Source: Bacteroidota bacterium
GTDB taxonomy: Bacteria; Bacteroidota; Bacteroidia; B-17B0; Aurantibacillaceae
Direction of reading: 5' to 3'
Length of the DNA stretch: 64,000 nt
NCBI GenBank assembly: GCA_034439635.1
Contig: JAWXAS010000035.1
Span: 33,297 to 97,296 of the forward strand
The position numbers and the translations under genes are program-made. The notes beneath the pieces were generated by a model, which had not been told where the DNA came from, searched no databases, and worked only from the letters and a program-made list of their open reading frames with translations. Below, one piece after another: positions 32,270 to 41,352 of the stretch (positions within the stretch are counted from its first letter, which is position 1; each line of letters starts with the position of its first letter).

Positions 32270-34006
32270 ATGAAAAGATTTCTCATCATTCTCATGGTAA
32301 CTATTGCAAGCTTTGGCAAATTAAGCGCGCAAGCAAACATTATTTCAACCAACACCGTTGCCGAACAGGTAATGCTTGGAGCATACAATCCAACGCTTTT
32401 TTTAGCAAGTAATATAATTAATCATCCCGATAGCATTAGTAAAGGGATCAATGCGCGTGTAAATCCCGATTCACTTCATGCTTATTTAGTAGCATTAAAA
32501 AATTTTAAAAATAGAAATACAGGTTCAGACACCATTTCTTTAGTGCGTGGAATTGGCGCAGCGCGCAAATGGGTTTATAAAAAGTTTCAACAGTTTAGCT
32601 TGGTAAATGAAAACAGACTACTTCCCTCCTATTTAAAATTTAATCTTACGCTTTGCGGAATTACAAGCCACAAAAATGTGTTTGCCGTATTACCCGGAAC
32701 AGATACAAGTGACAAATCAATTATTCTTATTGAAGGGCATATGGACAGCCGCTGTGCCGGACTGTGTGATACTGCGTGCATTGCCGAAGGCATGGAAGAT
32801 AATGGAAGCGGAACAGCTCTTGTGATAGAATTAGCGCGTGTAATGAGTAAATACAGTTATAAACGCACCATTGTATTTATGACCACCATTTCGGAAGAAC
32901 AAGGATTGAATGGTGCAGAAGCATTTGCGGATTACGTGCAGTCTAAAGGCATCAAAATGCATGGTGTACTAAATAATGATGTTATTGGCGGAGTTATTTG
33001 TGGTGTTACTTCTTCTCCTCCAAGTTGCTCGGGCGTTGGGAGTATTGATAGTACGCATGTGCGGCTGTTTTCATTCGGAACATTTAATTCGTTTCATAAA
33101 CAATTGGCGCGCTTTGTAAAACTGGAATACAAAGAACTCATAAAACCAATTGCGCTTGTAACAACCACCATTCATATTATGACGCCCGAAGATCGCACTG
33201 GTCGCGGTGGAGATCATATTCCATTTAGACAGCATAATTATTCAGCAATTCGCTTTACATCGGCAAACGAACACGGTGATGCAAGTTTGGGTACCGGTTA
33301 TACCGATAGACAACACACCTCGAGCGATATTTTAGGAGTTGACACAGACGCCGACCTGATCATTGACAGTTTTTTTGTTGATTTTAATTACTTGGCTCGC
33401 AACGCCGTTATTAATGGTAATGCCGCAGGCATGATGGGTATTGGTCCTTTAACACCCGATTTTACCTTAACTTCTACCGGAAATAATTTGATCGTAAATA
33501 TTCTTACGCAACAACAATATTTAAAATATAGAATTGGTGTACGCACATTAACCAACGATTGGGATTCGGTTTATACTTTCTCAGGAGCAACATCGCATAC
33601 CATTAGCAATTTAAATCCCGCCAATTATATTGTTAGTGTGGCTTCGGTAGATGCTAAAAATGTAGAAAGTTTATTTTCTAAAGAATTACAGAACTCTATC
33701 ATCTCGGGCTTAATGCACCCCGATGCAAATGGAAAAAGTGTTGAACTTTTACAAAACAAACCAAATCCTTCGGATGAAGCTACTACAATTTCTGTTTTGG
33801 TAAATAAAGATATGAGCCATAAAGAAGCTTACATTCTTATTAAGGATCTACAAGGCAAAGAAGTTTTAAAGACGAGGATCACTTTAGAAATGGGCATGAA
33901 CGAGATCAATTACGATCATGGCTATCACAAAAGCGGAACATACATTTATAGTTTAATTATTGATGAAAAAATTGTGCAATCCAAACAAATGGTGTTTACG
34001 AATTAG
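32270..34006 (+). CDS. M28 family metallopeptidase with T9SS type A tail
   Basis: GHMDS, DNGSG, EEQGLNGA, NNDVIG and GDH motifs; tail QNKPNPS...GTYIYSL. Confidence 0.9.
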   Translation: MKRFLIILMVTIASFGKLSAQANIISTNTVAEQVMLGAYNPTLFLASNIINHPDSISKGINARVNPDSLHAYLVALKNFKNRNTGSDTISLVRGIGAARKWVYKKFQQFSLVNENRLLPSYLKFNLTLCGITSHKNVFAVLPGTDTSDKSIILIEGHMDSRCAGLCDTACIAEGMEDNGSGTALVIELARVMSKYSYKRTIVFMTTISEEQGLNGAEAFADYVQSKGIKMHGVLNNDVIGGVICGVTSSPPSCSGVGSIDSTHVRLFSFGTFNSFHKQLARFVKLEYKELIKPIALVTTTIHIMTPEDRTGRGGDHIPFRQHNYSAIRFTSANEHGDASLGTGYTDRQHTSSDILGVDTDADLIIDSFFVDFNYLARNAVINGNAAGMMGIGPLTPDFTLTSTGNNLIVNILTQQQYLKYRIGVRTLTNDWDSVYTFSGATSHTISNLNPANYIVSVASVDAKNVESLFSKELQNSIISGLMHPDANGKSVELLQNKPNPSDEATTISVLVNKDMSHKEAYILIKDLQGKEVLKTRITLEMGMNEINYDHGYHKSGTYIYSLIIDEKIVQSKQMVFTN

Positions 34007-34018
34007 AAATACTACACT

Positions 34019-34606
34019 ATTAAACGCTTTATCTTAATACTTCTTTCGTTCCTCCTCCTTTCTTCATGTGCTATACACAAAAAATTTCCTTTTATATGTT
34101 TTAAAAGTGGTTGCGTAAAAGTTGCCTTTGGGGTTTATCAAATAAAAGCCTGGAAAAAAAACAGGCACGGAAAAGCAAATGTAAAAAGAAACAAAGCAAA
34201 TGCCAAAGCAAGTTTAAAAAGTAAAAGCGATAAAACTGGAAGGTTCTCTGACCCCAATTACTCAGAAAGTGATACAACCAGTTATGGAAAAGGTAATGCG
34301 GGAAATTGCAGTGTAATTAAAATGGTGTTTTTTAAACCTGCCAAACGTAGAAAAGATCAAACGGATACTTTAACTGTAGGGTTTATACAACCTGGCGAGG
34401 AGCTTAAAGAGCTTGATAGAGTTCAAATTGATGGTTACTTTTATAAACATGATAAACACAATATCATTAAAGTGAAATTTTGTGATTGTGACAAGAGCGC
34501 TAAGAATAATGACGTTTTAAGATCAATTTATCTACAACGTTCCTCAAAACTTACTCAGTATTTAAAGAGTAAGAAATTTCCTAAGAAGAAGATCGAACTG
34601 GAATAA
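34019..34606 (+). CDS. Lipoprotein with degenerate OmpA_C-like C-terminus; apparent ATT start
   Basis: Frame open from 34007 to 34606. From ATT at 34019 it reads (M)KRFILILLSFLLLSSC-AIHKK, a clean lipoprotein signal. The ORF track shows only the last 94 aa. Confidence 0.65.
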   Translation: MKRFILILLSFLLLSSCAIHKKFPFICFKSGCVKVAFGVYQIKAWKKNRHGKANVKRNKANAKASLKSKSDKTGRFSDPNYSESDTTSYGKGNAGNCSVIKMVFFKPAKRRKDQTDTLTVGFIQPGEELKELDRVQIDGYFYKHDKHNIIKVKFCDCDKSAKNNDVLRSIYLQRSSKLTQYLKSKKFPKKKIELE

Positions 34607-34708
34607 GTTTAAGATAATTTGACATAAGTAAAATGATAATTTTATCATAAGAACTCCATTATAATCCTTAATTTTATTTTTCTGAAAAGTATCCTACAAA
34701 AAATAAAA

Positions 34709-37054
34709 ATGTTTTTTCTCCGCAACAAGGTCAAAACAGGTGTAACTCTTGTTCTGTTGATTCTTTATTGGCTTTGGCTTCCCTCTACTCTATTTAATAA
34801 ACCTTGCAGTACTGTTTTGGTTGACGAAGATGGGCAGCTGCTTGCCGCACAAATTGCAAGTGATGGCCAATGGCGTTTTCCGCAAATGGAATCGGTGCCC
34901 GAGAAATTTGAAAAATGCATTACTCATTTTGAAGATGAATATTTTTATTATCACCCGGGCTTTAATCCCATTGCCATTTTTAAATCCTTAAAGCGAAATG
35001 TTGGTGCCGGAAAAGTAAAAAGTGGTGGAAGTACTATTACCATGCAAATTGCCCGCATGATGCGCGGCAATAAACACCGTACGTATTATCAAAAAATAGT
35101 AGAGATTCTCTTGGCAATTCGTATTGAATGCTCCTATAAAAAATCAAGCATACTTAAGGTCTATGCCAGCAATGCGCCATACGGAAGTAATGTTGTTGGT
35201 TTATCGGCTGCATCTTGGCGCTATTTTGCCAGAAGTCCCGAAAAATTAAGCTGGGCCGAAAGTGCTTTGTTGGCAGTGCTTCCCAATTCTCCTTCTTTAA
35301 TTTATCCCGGAAAAAATCATAAAGCACTTATTAATAAACGCGATCGCTTATTGAAGAAGTTGTTTGATAAAAAAATAATTGATGAATCTACTTACAACCT
35401 ATCATTAATCGAAGGCTTGCCCGAAAAACCATTTCCTCTTCCGCAATTGGCACCACATTTATTAAGCCGCTGTATTACAGAACATGGTCCTTCAAAAATT
35501 TATCACTCAAGCATTCGCAAAAGTTTACAAACACAGGTAAACACTATTATTAATAAACACATTCAAAGTTTAAGCGCAAATGATATTCATAATGCCTGTG
35601 CTTTAGTAGCAGAAACCGAAACCGGTCGAATAATTGCATACATTGGTAATAGTTCGAATCCAAAAAACGAATTTCAAAATTATGTAGATATCATTCATTC
35701 ACCACGAAGCACAGGAAGTATTTTAAAACCATTTTTATATGCATTTCTGCTGAATGAAAATAAAATACTTCCAAAAAATTTAATTGAAGATATTCCAACA
35801 CAAATTGGTTCGTACGGACCAAAGAATTTTAATTTAACTTACGATGGTCTTGTTCCCGCTAATGAAGCCCTAGCACGCTCATTGAATATCCCTGCCATAA
35901 AAATGTTGCAAGATTATGGTCCGGCTAAATTTCATTACCAATTAAAACAGTTAGGCTTTAAAACATTTACCAAACCAACCACGCACTATGGTTTATCCTT
36001 AATTTTAGGAGGTGGTGAAGCTAATTTACACGAGATCGCTTCGGCATATTCCTCTTTGGGAAGAGCATTGATGAATTATAATAATTCAAGCGGAAAATAT
36101 GCCATGAATAGTTATTTCCCTTTAAGCTATTTAGAAACTGAGCCTGCCAAAGTAAAACAAACTTTAAAAAGTGATGTTTTAAAAGCATCCAGCATTTGGT
36201 TCACGTTTGATGCGATGACGGAGTTGATGCGTCCGCAAGATTATGTGGGCTGGATGCAATTCTTATCAAAAAATCGTATAGCCTGGAAAACCGGCACCAG
36301 TTTTGGTTTCAGAGATGCATGGGCTGTGGGTTTAGATTCAAAATACACGGTGGCTGTTTGGGTTGGAAACGCTGATGGCGAAGGAAGACCAAATTTAACC
36401 GGAACTTCGGCAGCTGCCCCCATCATGTTCAATATTTTCAATGTTCTATCGCAAAAAAAATTCTTCACAAAACCAACAACCGATATCATCAAACAAATTG
36501 TTTGTAAACAAAGTGGATTTAAGGCTTCAGAAATTTGCCCTGATAAAATTGAACAATATTGCCCAAGCGGATCAGAAAAAACAAAACAATGCCCTTTTCA
36601 TAAACTTATTCATTTAGATGAAACAGGAGTTTACCGTGTAAATAGTAATTGTTATCCTGTAGATAAAATGAAACATGTTCCTTGGTTCATTGCATCGCCC
36701 GCACAGGAATATTTTTTTAAGCAACATAATTTATTTTACAAAAGCGTTCCTTCGTATTTGGAAGCTTGTCAAAATGAATTAAATTTTCGACAGCTTGATA
36801 TTATTTATCCTCGCGAAGGTTTTAAAGTGTATATCCCGGTTGGTGAAAGCGGAAAACAAAAGACCTGCGTATTTAAAGCCACTCATAAAAACTCGAGTGC
36901 CACTCTGTTTTGGCATATGGACGGAAATTATATTGGGAGTACCGAAAAATTTCATCAACTCTCGCTTTTACCTCCAGTTGGAAAGCATGTTTTAGTTATT
37001 ACCGATATGGAAGGCGAAACATCTATGGTTAAGTTTGAGGTTATTGGGAAGTAA
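34709..37054 (+). CDS. pbpC: Penicillin-binding protein 1C
   Basis: DGQWRF, EDEYFYYHPG and SGGSTITMQ (transglycosylase); STGSILKPF, SLN and KTGTS (transpeptidase); C-terminal beta domain. Confidence 0.93.
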   Translation: MFFLRNKVKTGVTLVLLILYWLWLPSTLFNKPCSTVLVDEDGQLLAAQIASDGQWRFPQMESVPEKFEKCITHFEDEYFYYHPGFNPIAIFKSLKRNVGAGKVKSGGSTITMQIARMMRGNKHRTYYQKIVEILLAIRIECSYKKSSILKVYASNAPYGSNVVGLSAASWRYFARSPEKLSWAESALLAVLPNSPSLIYPGKNHKALINKRDRLLKKLFDKKIIDESTYNLSLIEGLPEKPFPLPQLAPHLLSRCITEHGPSKIYHSSIRKSLQTQVNTIINKHIQSLSANDIHNACALVAETETGRIIAYIGNSSNPKNEFQNYVDIIHSPRSTGSILKPFLYAFLLNENKILPKNLIEDIPTQIGSYGPKNFNLTYDGLVPANEALARSLNIPAIKMLQDYGPAKFHYQLKQLGFKTFTKPTTHYGLSLILGGGEANLHEIASAYSSLGRALMNYNNSSGKYAMNSYFPLSYLETEPAKVKQTLKSDVLKASSIWFTFDAMTELMRPQDYVGWMQFLSKNRIAWKTGTSFGFRDAWAVGLDSKYTVAVWVGNADGEGRPNLTGTSAAAPIMFNIFNVLSQKKFFTKPTTDIIKQIVCKQSGFKASEICPDKIEQYCPSGSEKTKQCPFHKLIHLDETGVYRVNSNCYPVDKMKHVPWFIASPAQEYFFKQHNLFYKSVPSYLEACQNELNFRQLDIIYPREGFKVYIPVGESGKQKTCVFKATHKNSSATLFWHMDGNYIGSTEKFHQLSLLPPVGKHVLVITDMEGETSMVKFEVIGK

Positions 37055-37065
37055 TTCTCATTTCT

Positions 37066-37144
37066 GCCACCAAGTCGCTAAGGCACAAAGCAACAATACT
37101 GGTAATCAACTTTGCGAAACTTATCACCTTTGCGTCTTAGTGGC
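37066..37144. repeat. Imperfect inverted repeat after pbpC
   Basis: gccaccaagtcgctaag vs ctttgcgtcttagtggc pair at 14/17 positions; internal ggcacaaag unit. Confidence 0.45.
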
Positions 37145-37308
37145 CTTGCCAGTAATAGGCTCTCTAAAAAAAGTTAAATTAACTTCCTTTATAAGTCCCG
37201 TGGGGCTTTCAGAGCCTCAAATTTATTTACTTTATTAATGAACCTTGAACGCAGTTAGGGGTATTACCTTTTAGGCTGGAACCCTTTTATGCCAATTATT
37301 AATAATAC

Positions 37309-37899
37309 ATGCATGATCAGTTAAATAAATTCGCCATGTACACCGACGAAGAGCTTATGCATTTTATTATGAATGGCGAGGAGTTTGCCTTTAATGAATT
37401 GTATAAACGCTACGCCAAAAAACTATTGGGTTATTTTACCCGAATGTTGAATTATGATAAGACTATGGCCGAAGATGCTTTGCAGGATGTTTTTTTAAAA
37501 ATAGCCGAAGCGCCAAACAAATTTGATAATTCGCGATCATTCAGAACATGGATATTTACAATTGCTTCAAATCAGTGCAAAAATTTTTACAGACATCAAA
37601 CCGTAGTAAATGAAAAAAGAGAAGAGATCAAATATCTGAATGCAATTGTAAACGAAAATGCTCTTTCGAAAATAGTTTCAAAACTAGACGGGATGAATTT
37701 CAATACCATGCTTGAAACCATTTTAAATGAAATGCCCATAGAAAAAAAAGAAGTGTTCATTTTAAAATATCAGGAAGATAAAACACACGAAGAAATTGCG
37801 GAGATCCAAAGCTGTTCCGCTGGAACCGTAAAATCGAGATTACATTATACCTTAAAAATTTTAGAAGAAAAATTACACCAGTTCAATCCAAACAATTAA
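37309..37899 (+). CDS. ECF-type RNA polymerase sigma-70 factor
   Basis: AFNELYKRY, AEDALQDVF and FRTWIFTIASN (region 2); EEIAEI...GTVKSRLHY (region 4.2). Confidence 0.93.
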   Translation: MHDQLNKFAMYTDEELMHFIMNGEEFAFNELYKRYAKKLLGYFTRMLNYDKTMAEDALQDVFLKIAEAPNKFDNSRSFRTWIFTIASNQCKNFYRHQTVVNEKREEIKYLNAIVNENALSKIVSKLDGMNFNTMLETILNEMPIEKKEVFILKYQEDKTHEEIAEIQSCSAGTVKSRLHYTLKILEEKLHQFNPNN

Positions 37900-37903
37900 A
37901 GCC

Positions 37904-38317
37904 ATGGAAAAAAGTTTAGATATAGCATTAAAACATCAGATGAATGTGGATGAGATGCCAAATTTGGGAGATATTCCTCTTTTGGGACAAAGAGCGAAGC
38001 AGTTGATTGCTGCGCGAAAAAAGGATGCAGTAGGCAGTGGGCAATCACAGTCAACAATGAATTTCCTCGACATACTCTTTAGCAAATACAAAATGGTAAG
38101 TTTATCGTTTTGCTTAATTGGAATTATTTCGGCTATTAATTTTTTAATGACTTTCGATATTGAAACCGGCGCAGGAAAAACATCCAATGTGCAAGCCGAT
38201 ACAAGCTTAACTGTTTCAAGTAATACATATTTGGCAACGTTAAATCAGCCAACTATTACGGAAGTGCCAGCCAAAACAAATACGGCGTTAACGAGTATAG
38301 CAACATTCAAAAATTAA
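37904..38317 (+). CDS. Putative single-pass anti-sigma factor
   Basis: 4-nt gap after the ECF sigma gene; one TM helix (MVSLSFCLIGIISAINFLM). Confidence 0.55.
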   Translation: MEKSLDIALKHQMNVDEMPNLGDIPLLGQRAKQLIAARKKDAVGSGQSQSTMNFLDILFSKYKMVSLSFCLIGIISAINFLMTFDIETGAGKTSNVQADTSLTVSSNTYLATLNQPTITEVPAKTNTALTSIATFKN

Positions 38318-41187
38318 TCCAATACAACTATCTTGAACGATGAAGCCATGCTTCCTTTTACAAAGTAAATTCCTGTTTTTAAGCCTTCTATTTTATAAGT
38401 GAATAAATTGCTTTCGTCCAGACTCACTGTTTTTATCGTCCTTCCAAATTGATCAATAATTGTGTAATCTCCCTTCGTTGTTGATGCCAAAGTGAATTCG
38501 CCATTATTTGGATTTGGATAACATTTCAAAGCAATTGATCCATCTGTAAGTTCGTTCAAACTTGTACAAGGATTAACTGTGATCATAACACTGCTTGTAC
38601 TCGAGCAAGAGAAAGAGTTAACTCCAGTAACAATATAAGAACCACTAACACTTGGCGTAAGAGCAATTGAAGCCGTGGAAGGTCCATTGATCCAAGAATA
38701 CGTAATCGCACCGGAGGCAGTTAAAGTTGTAGATCCTCCAGCGCAGATTGTTTGAGTGCCAATTACATTTAATGTAGGAACCGGATTCGCTATTACCGCC
38801 ATAGAAGCTGTTGAATTACATCCACTAAAAGGATTCGACATTACAACAGAGTAAATTCCTCCAGTTGTTACTGTAATGGAACTACTGGTGCTGGAACCTG
38901 GTGTCCACAAATAACTGAATGCGTTTTGATTTGCAAATAAAGTGATCGGAGAACCTGTGCAGATGGTGTTTGATGAAGAGCTGGTGATCCATGCATTATT
39001 ATTGTAGGAAATAATCACATCAGGCCTTCCTAAGCTTAAATTAACACTGATATTACTACGAATCAAAATATCCTTTGTTCCATCATTGTTTACATCATCA
39101 ATTTGAACCGCTCTGTTTAGATTAATCAAACGTCCAATCTGGAAATGAGAAGCTGTTGCAAAAGTTCCTGTGCCCGATCCAATTAATACAGAAAAATCAT
39201 ACGTATTATAATTACCTGTAATAACATCCCACTTTGAATCGTTATTCACATCAACAATATTTATCGTACGCGGACTTGAGCCGGTTGAAAAGGTAATAGC
39301 AGGTTGTAATGTGCCTGATGGAGTTCCTAAAAGAACACCAACATTGTTGGCAAATGAATTTACGACCATAACATCCTTATTTCCGTCATTGTTTACGTCT
39401 TTTACTTCCAAAGCCAAAGGTCCGCTACCTCCCGAAGGGTATGCCACAGGACCTGTAAAGCCCATTGATCCATTCCCTAACAGAACATAAACTGAATTTA
39501 CATTAAGTACTGTATATACAATATCTAAATTTCCATCAGCGTTAAGATCGCCTACAGACAGATTAAAAGGATTAGGGGCCGTTGAAATAGTTGTTGTAGG
39601 AACGAGATTTCCAGTGCCATTTCCACTAAATACAATCACATTAGAACCGTTGGATAATAAAACAAGATCTTTATTACCGTCGTTATTAAAATCAGCTAAC
39701 TGGCCATCTGCCGGGGTAGAAGTCATACTTAAGGAATTAGTTGTACTGAAAGCGCCTGTACCATTGCCCAAATAAACACCAATTTTTCCACTGGAATAAC
39801 TTAATGTAACAATGTCTTGTTTTGCATCATTATTTATATCATCAGAAAGAACAGTACCAACCAAAGATGCTGAAGGAATAGCATAAGCATTTGGGGTAAG
39901 GTAAGCTCCTGAACCATTTGCTAACGAAACTTCGATACCTGTAATAGTACCTATCACCATATCTTTTCTTCCATCACCGTTTAAATCAGACATCACAAAA
40001 CCACTAGACCCGCTTACTTCATTGAATTTTTGTACAGGAATCCCTTTAAAAACACCACCACCTTGATTCGGTAAAAAATAAATATGTTTATCGTTTGCAG
40101 AAGTTGTACAAATTATATCGAGCAAACCATCATTATTATAATCATTTATTTTGATAGTGCCGCCAGTCTGCGAACTATTAAGATCTAAACCTATAATTTT
40201 ACCAACTGTAAATGAACCAAGGCCGTTGCCTATTAAAATGCGAAGACCACCTTCTGACATTACAACAAGATCCAATTTTGAATCTCCAGTTACATCACCA
40301 CTGGAAACAGAGAACGGCGAATCTACCAGATTACTAATAACGCTTGTAGTAAACGTTCCTAAACTATTTCCAAAATATAAACACATGTTGTTGCTTTGTT
40401 GGTTCATAAAAGCAAAATCTTTATTACCGTCGCCATTGAAATCACCAAAAGCTATATCACTTCCAAACCCTGTTCCAACAATATTAGTATATGTAAGCAG
40501 TGCTCCTGTTCCTGTTCCATAATGAATTTTTGCGCCGGCCTGACCATTGGTACAAACAACATCCTTATTACCATCGTTGTTCAAATCATCTATTCCTATT
40601 CTTGCAGTGCCTGAACCATACGTAGTATAACTATTAACAGGGCCAAAAGTTCCGTTTCCGTTTCCTAATAAAATATTAATACTCCCAGGATTATAATTAC
40701 TTATTGAAACAACAATATCATTTATGTTATCGTTATTCATATCAACCACTTTAAGGTCATATAGCTGTGCTGTGCCAGTAACTGTTCCACAAGAAAGGTT
40801 TCCTGAACTTACAAAGCTCCCGGTGCCATTACCTAAAAGAATTGTCAAATCTTTTGTACCGTAATTTGCAATAACCATATCGAGATTATTATCCCCATTT
40901 AAATCTTTTAATGCACTATAGGCTGGTCCTGTTCCAACAGATAACGTAACGCTTTGCGTAAACGTTCCATTATTACTACCAATTAGTGTAATTAATTTAT
41001 TGCTAAACGTTGTAAATACAACATCTTTAATATTGTCGCCATTTATATCGCCAATATTTGTTGAGTAAGGGCCGTCGTTTGGAAAGTTATACGAATAATC
41101 TTTTAAAGATGTAAAACAGGTGCTTTGTGAAACAACACTGAGTATAGTAAATAAGGTAAAAGCAATAGCGATTGATATCTTTTTCAT
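38314..41187 (-). CDS. FG-GAP/VCBS repeat protein with Ig-like stalk and T9SS type A tail
   Basis: About 12 DxNxDGxxD repeats with LLGNGxGxF; TLTASGAITYSW stalk; tail CYPNPNNGEF...GIYFV...KIVVLD. Confidence 0.92.
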   Translation of the reverse strand: MKKISIAIAFTLFTILSVVSQSTCFTSLKDYSYNFPNDGPYSTNIGDINGDNIKDVVFTTFSNKLITLIGSNNGTFTQSVTLSVGTGPAYSALKDLNGDNNLDMVIANYGTKDLTILLGNGTGSFVSSGNLSCGTVTGTAQLYDLKVVDMNNDNINDIVVSISNYNPGSINILLGNGNGTFGPVNSYTTYGSGTARIGIDDLNNDGNKDVVCTNGQAGAKIHYGTGTGALLTYTNIVGTGFGSDIAFGDFNGDGNKDFAFMNQQSNNMCLYFGNSLGTFTTSVISNLVDSPFSVSSGDVTGDSKLDLVVMSEGGLRILIGNGLGSFTVGKIIGLDLNSSQTGGTIKINDYNNDGLLDIICTTSANDKHIYFLPNQGGGVFKGIPVQKFNEVSGSSGFVMSDLNGDGRKDMVIGTITGIEVSLANGSGAYLTPNAYAIPSASLVGTVLSDDINNDAKQDIVTLSYSSGKIGVYLGNGTGAFSTTNSLSMTSTPADGQLADFNNDGNKDLVLLSNGSNVIVFSGNGTGNLVPTTTISTAPNPFNLSVGDLNADGNLDIVYTVLNVNSVYVLLGNGSMGFTGPVAYPSGGSGPLALEVKDVNNDGNKDVMVVNSFANNVGVLLGTPSGTLQPAITFSTGSSPRTINIVDVNNDSKWDVITGNYNTYDFSVLIGSGTGTFATASHFQIGRLINLNRAVQIDDVNNDGTKDILIRSNISVNLSLGRPDVIISYNNNAWITSSSSNTICTGSPITLFANQNAFSYLWTPGSSTSSSITVTTGGIYSVVMSNPFSGCNSTASMAVIANPVPTLNVIGTQTICAGGSTTLTASGAITYSWINGPSTASIALTPSVSGSYIVTGVNSFSCSSTSSVMITVNPCTSLNELTDGSIALKCYPNPNNGEFTLASTTKGDYTIIDQFGRTIKTVSLDESNLFTYKIEGLKTGIYFVKGSMASSFKIVVLD

Positions 41188-41285
41188 GTTGAGTTATTTT
41201 TAACTCTAAGTTAGATGGAATTAGATCTATTCACGAACTGTTCACTCATTTAAAACGTGGGTTCAATAATGGAGATGAACAAAAC

Positions 41286-41316
41286 AAAAAACCCCAACAT
41301 TTCTGTTGGGGTTTTT
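41286..41316 (-). terminator. Rho-independent terminator of rpoC
   Basis: aaaaaaccccaaca-tttc-tgttggggttttt perfect hairpin. Confidence 0.88.
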
Positions 41317-41330
41317 AATTTTATAGTTCC

Positions 41331-41351
41331 GTCAAACTGAGCGGAGTCGAA
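41331..41351. repeat. Short REP-like motif abutting the rpoC stop
   Basis: gtcaaactgagcggagtcgaa resembles, from memory, the CTGAGC..GTCGAAG repeat family; an inverted degenerate relative lies in the 16323-16530 element. Confidence 0.4.
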
Positions 41352-41352
41352 A

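Noticed and set aside
28006-34708. Prophage or integrative element
   Set aside because: No integrase, transposase, phage structural gene or att-like direct repeat seen.
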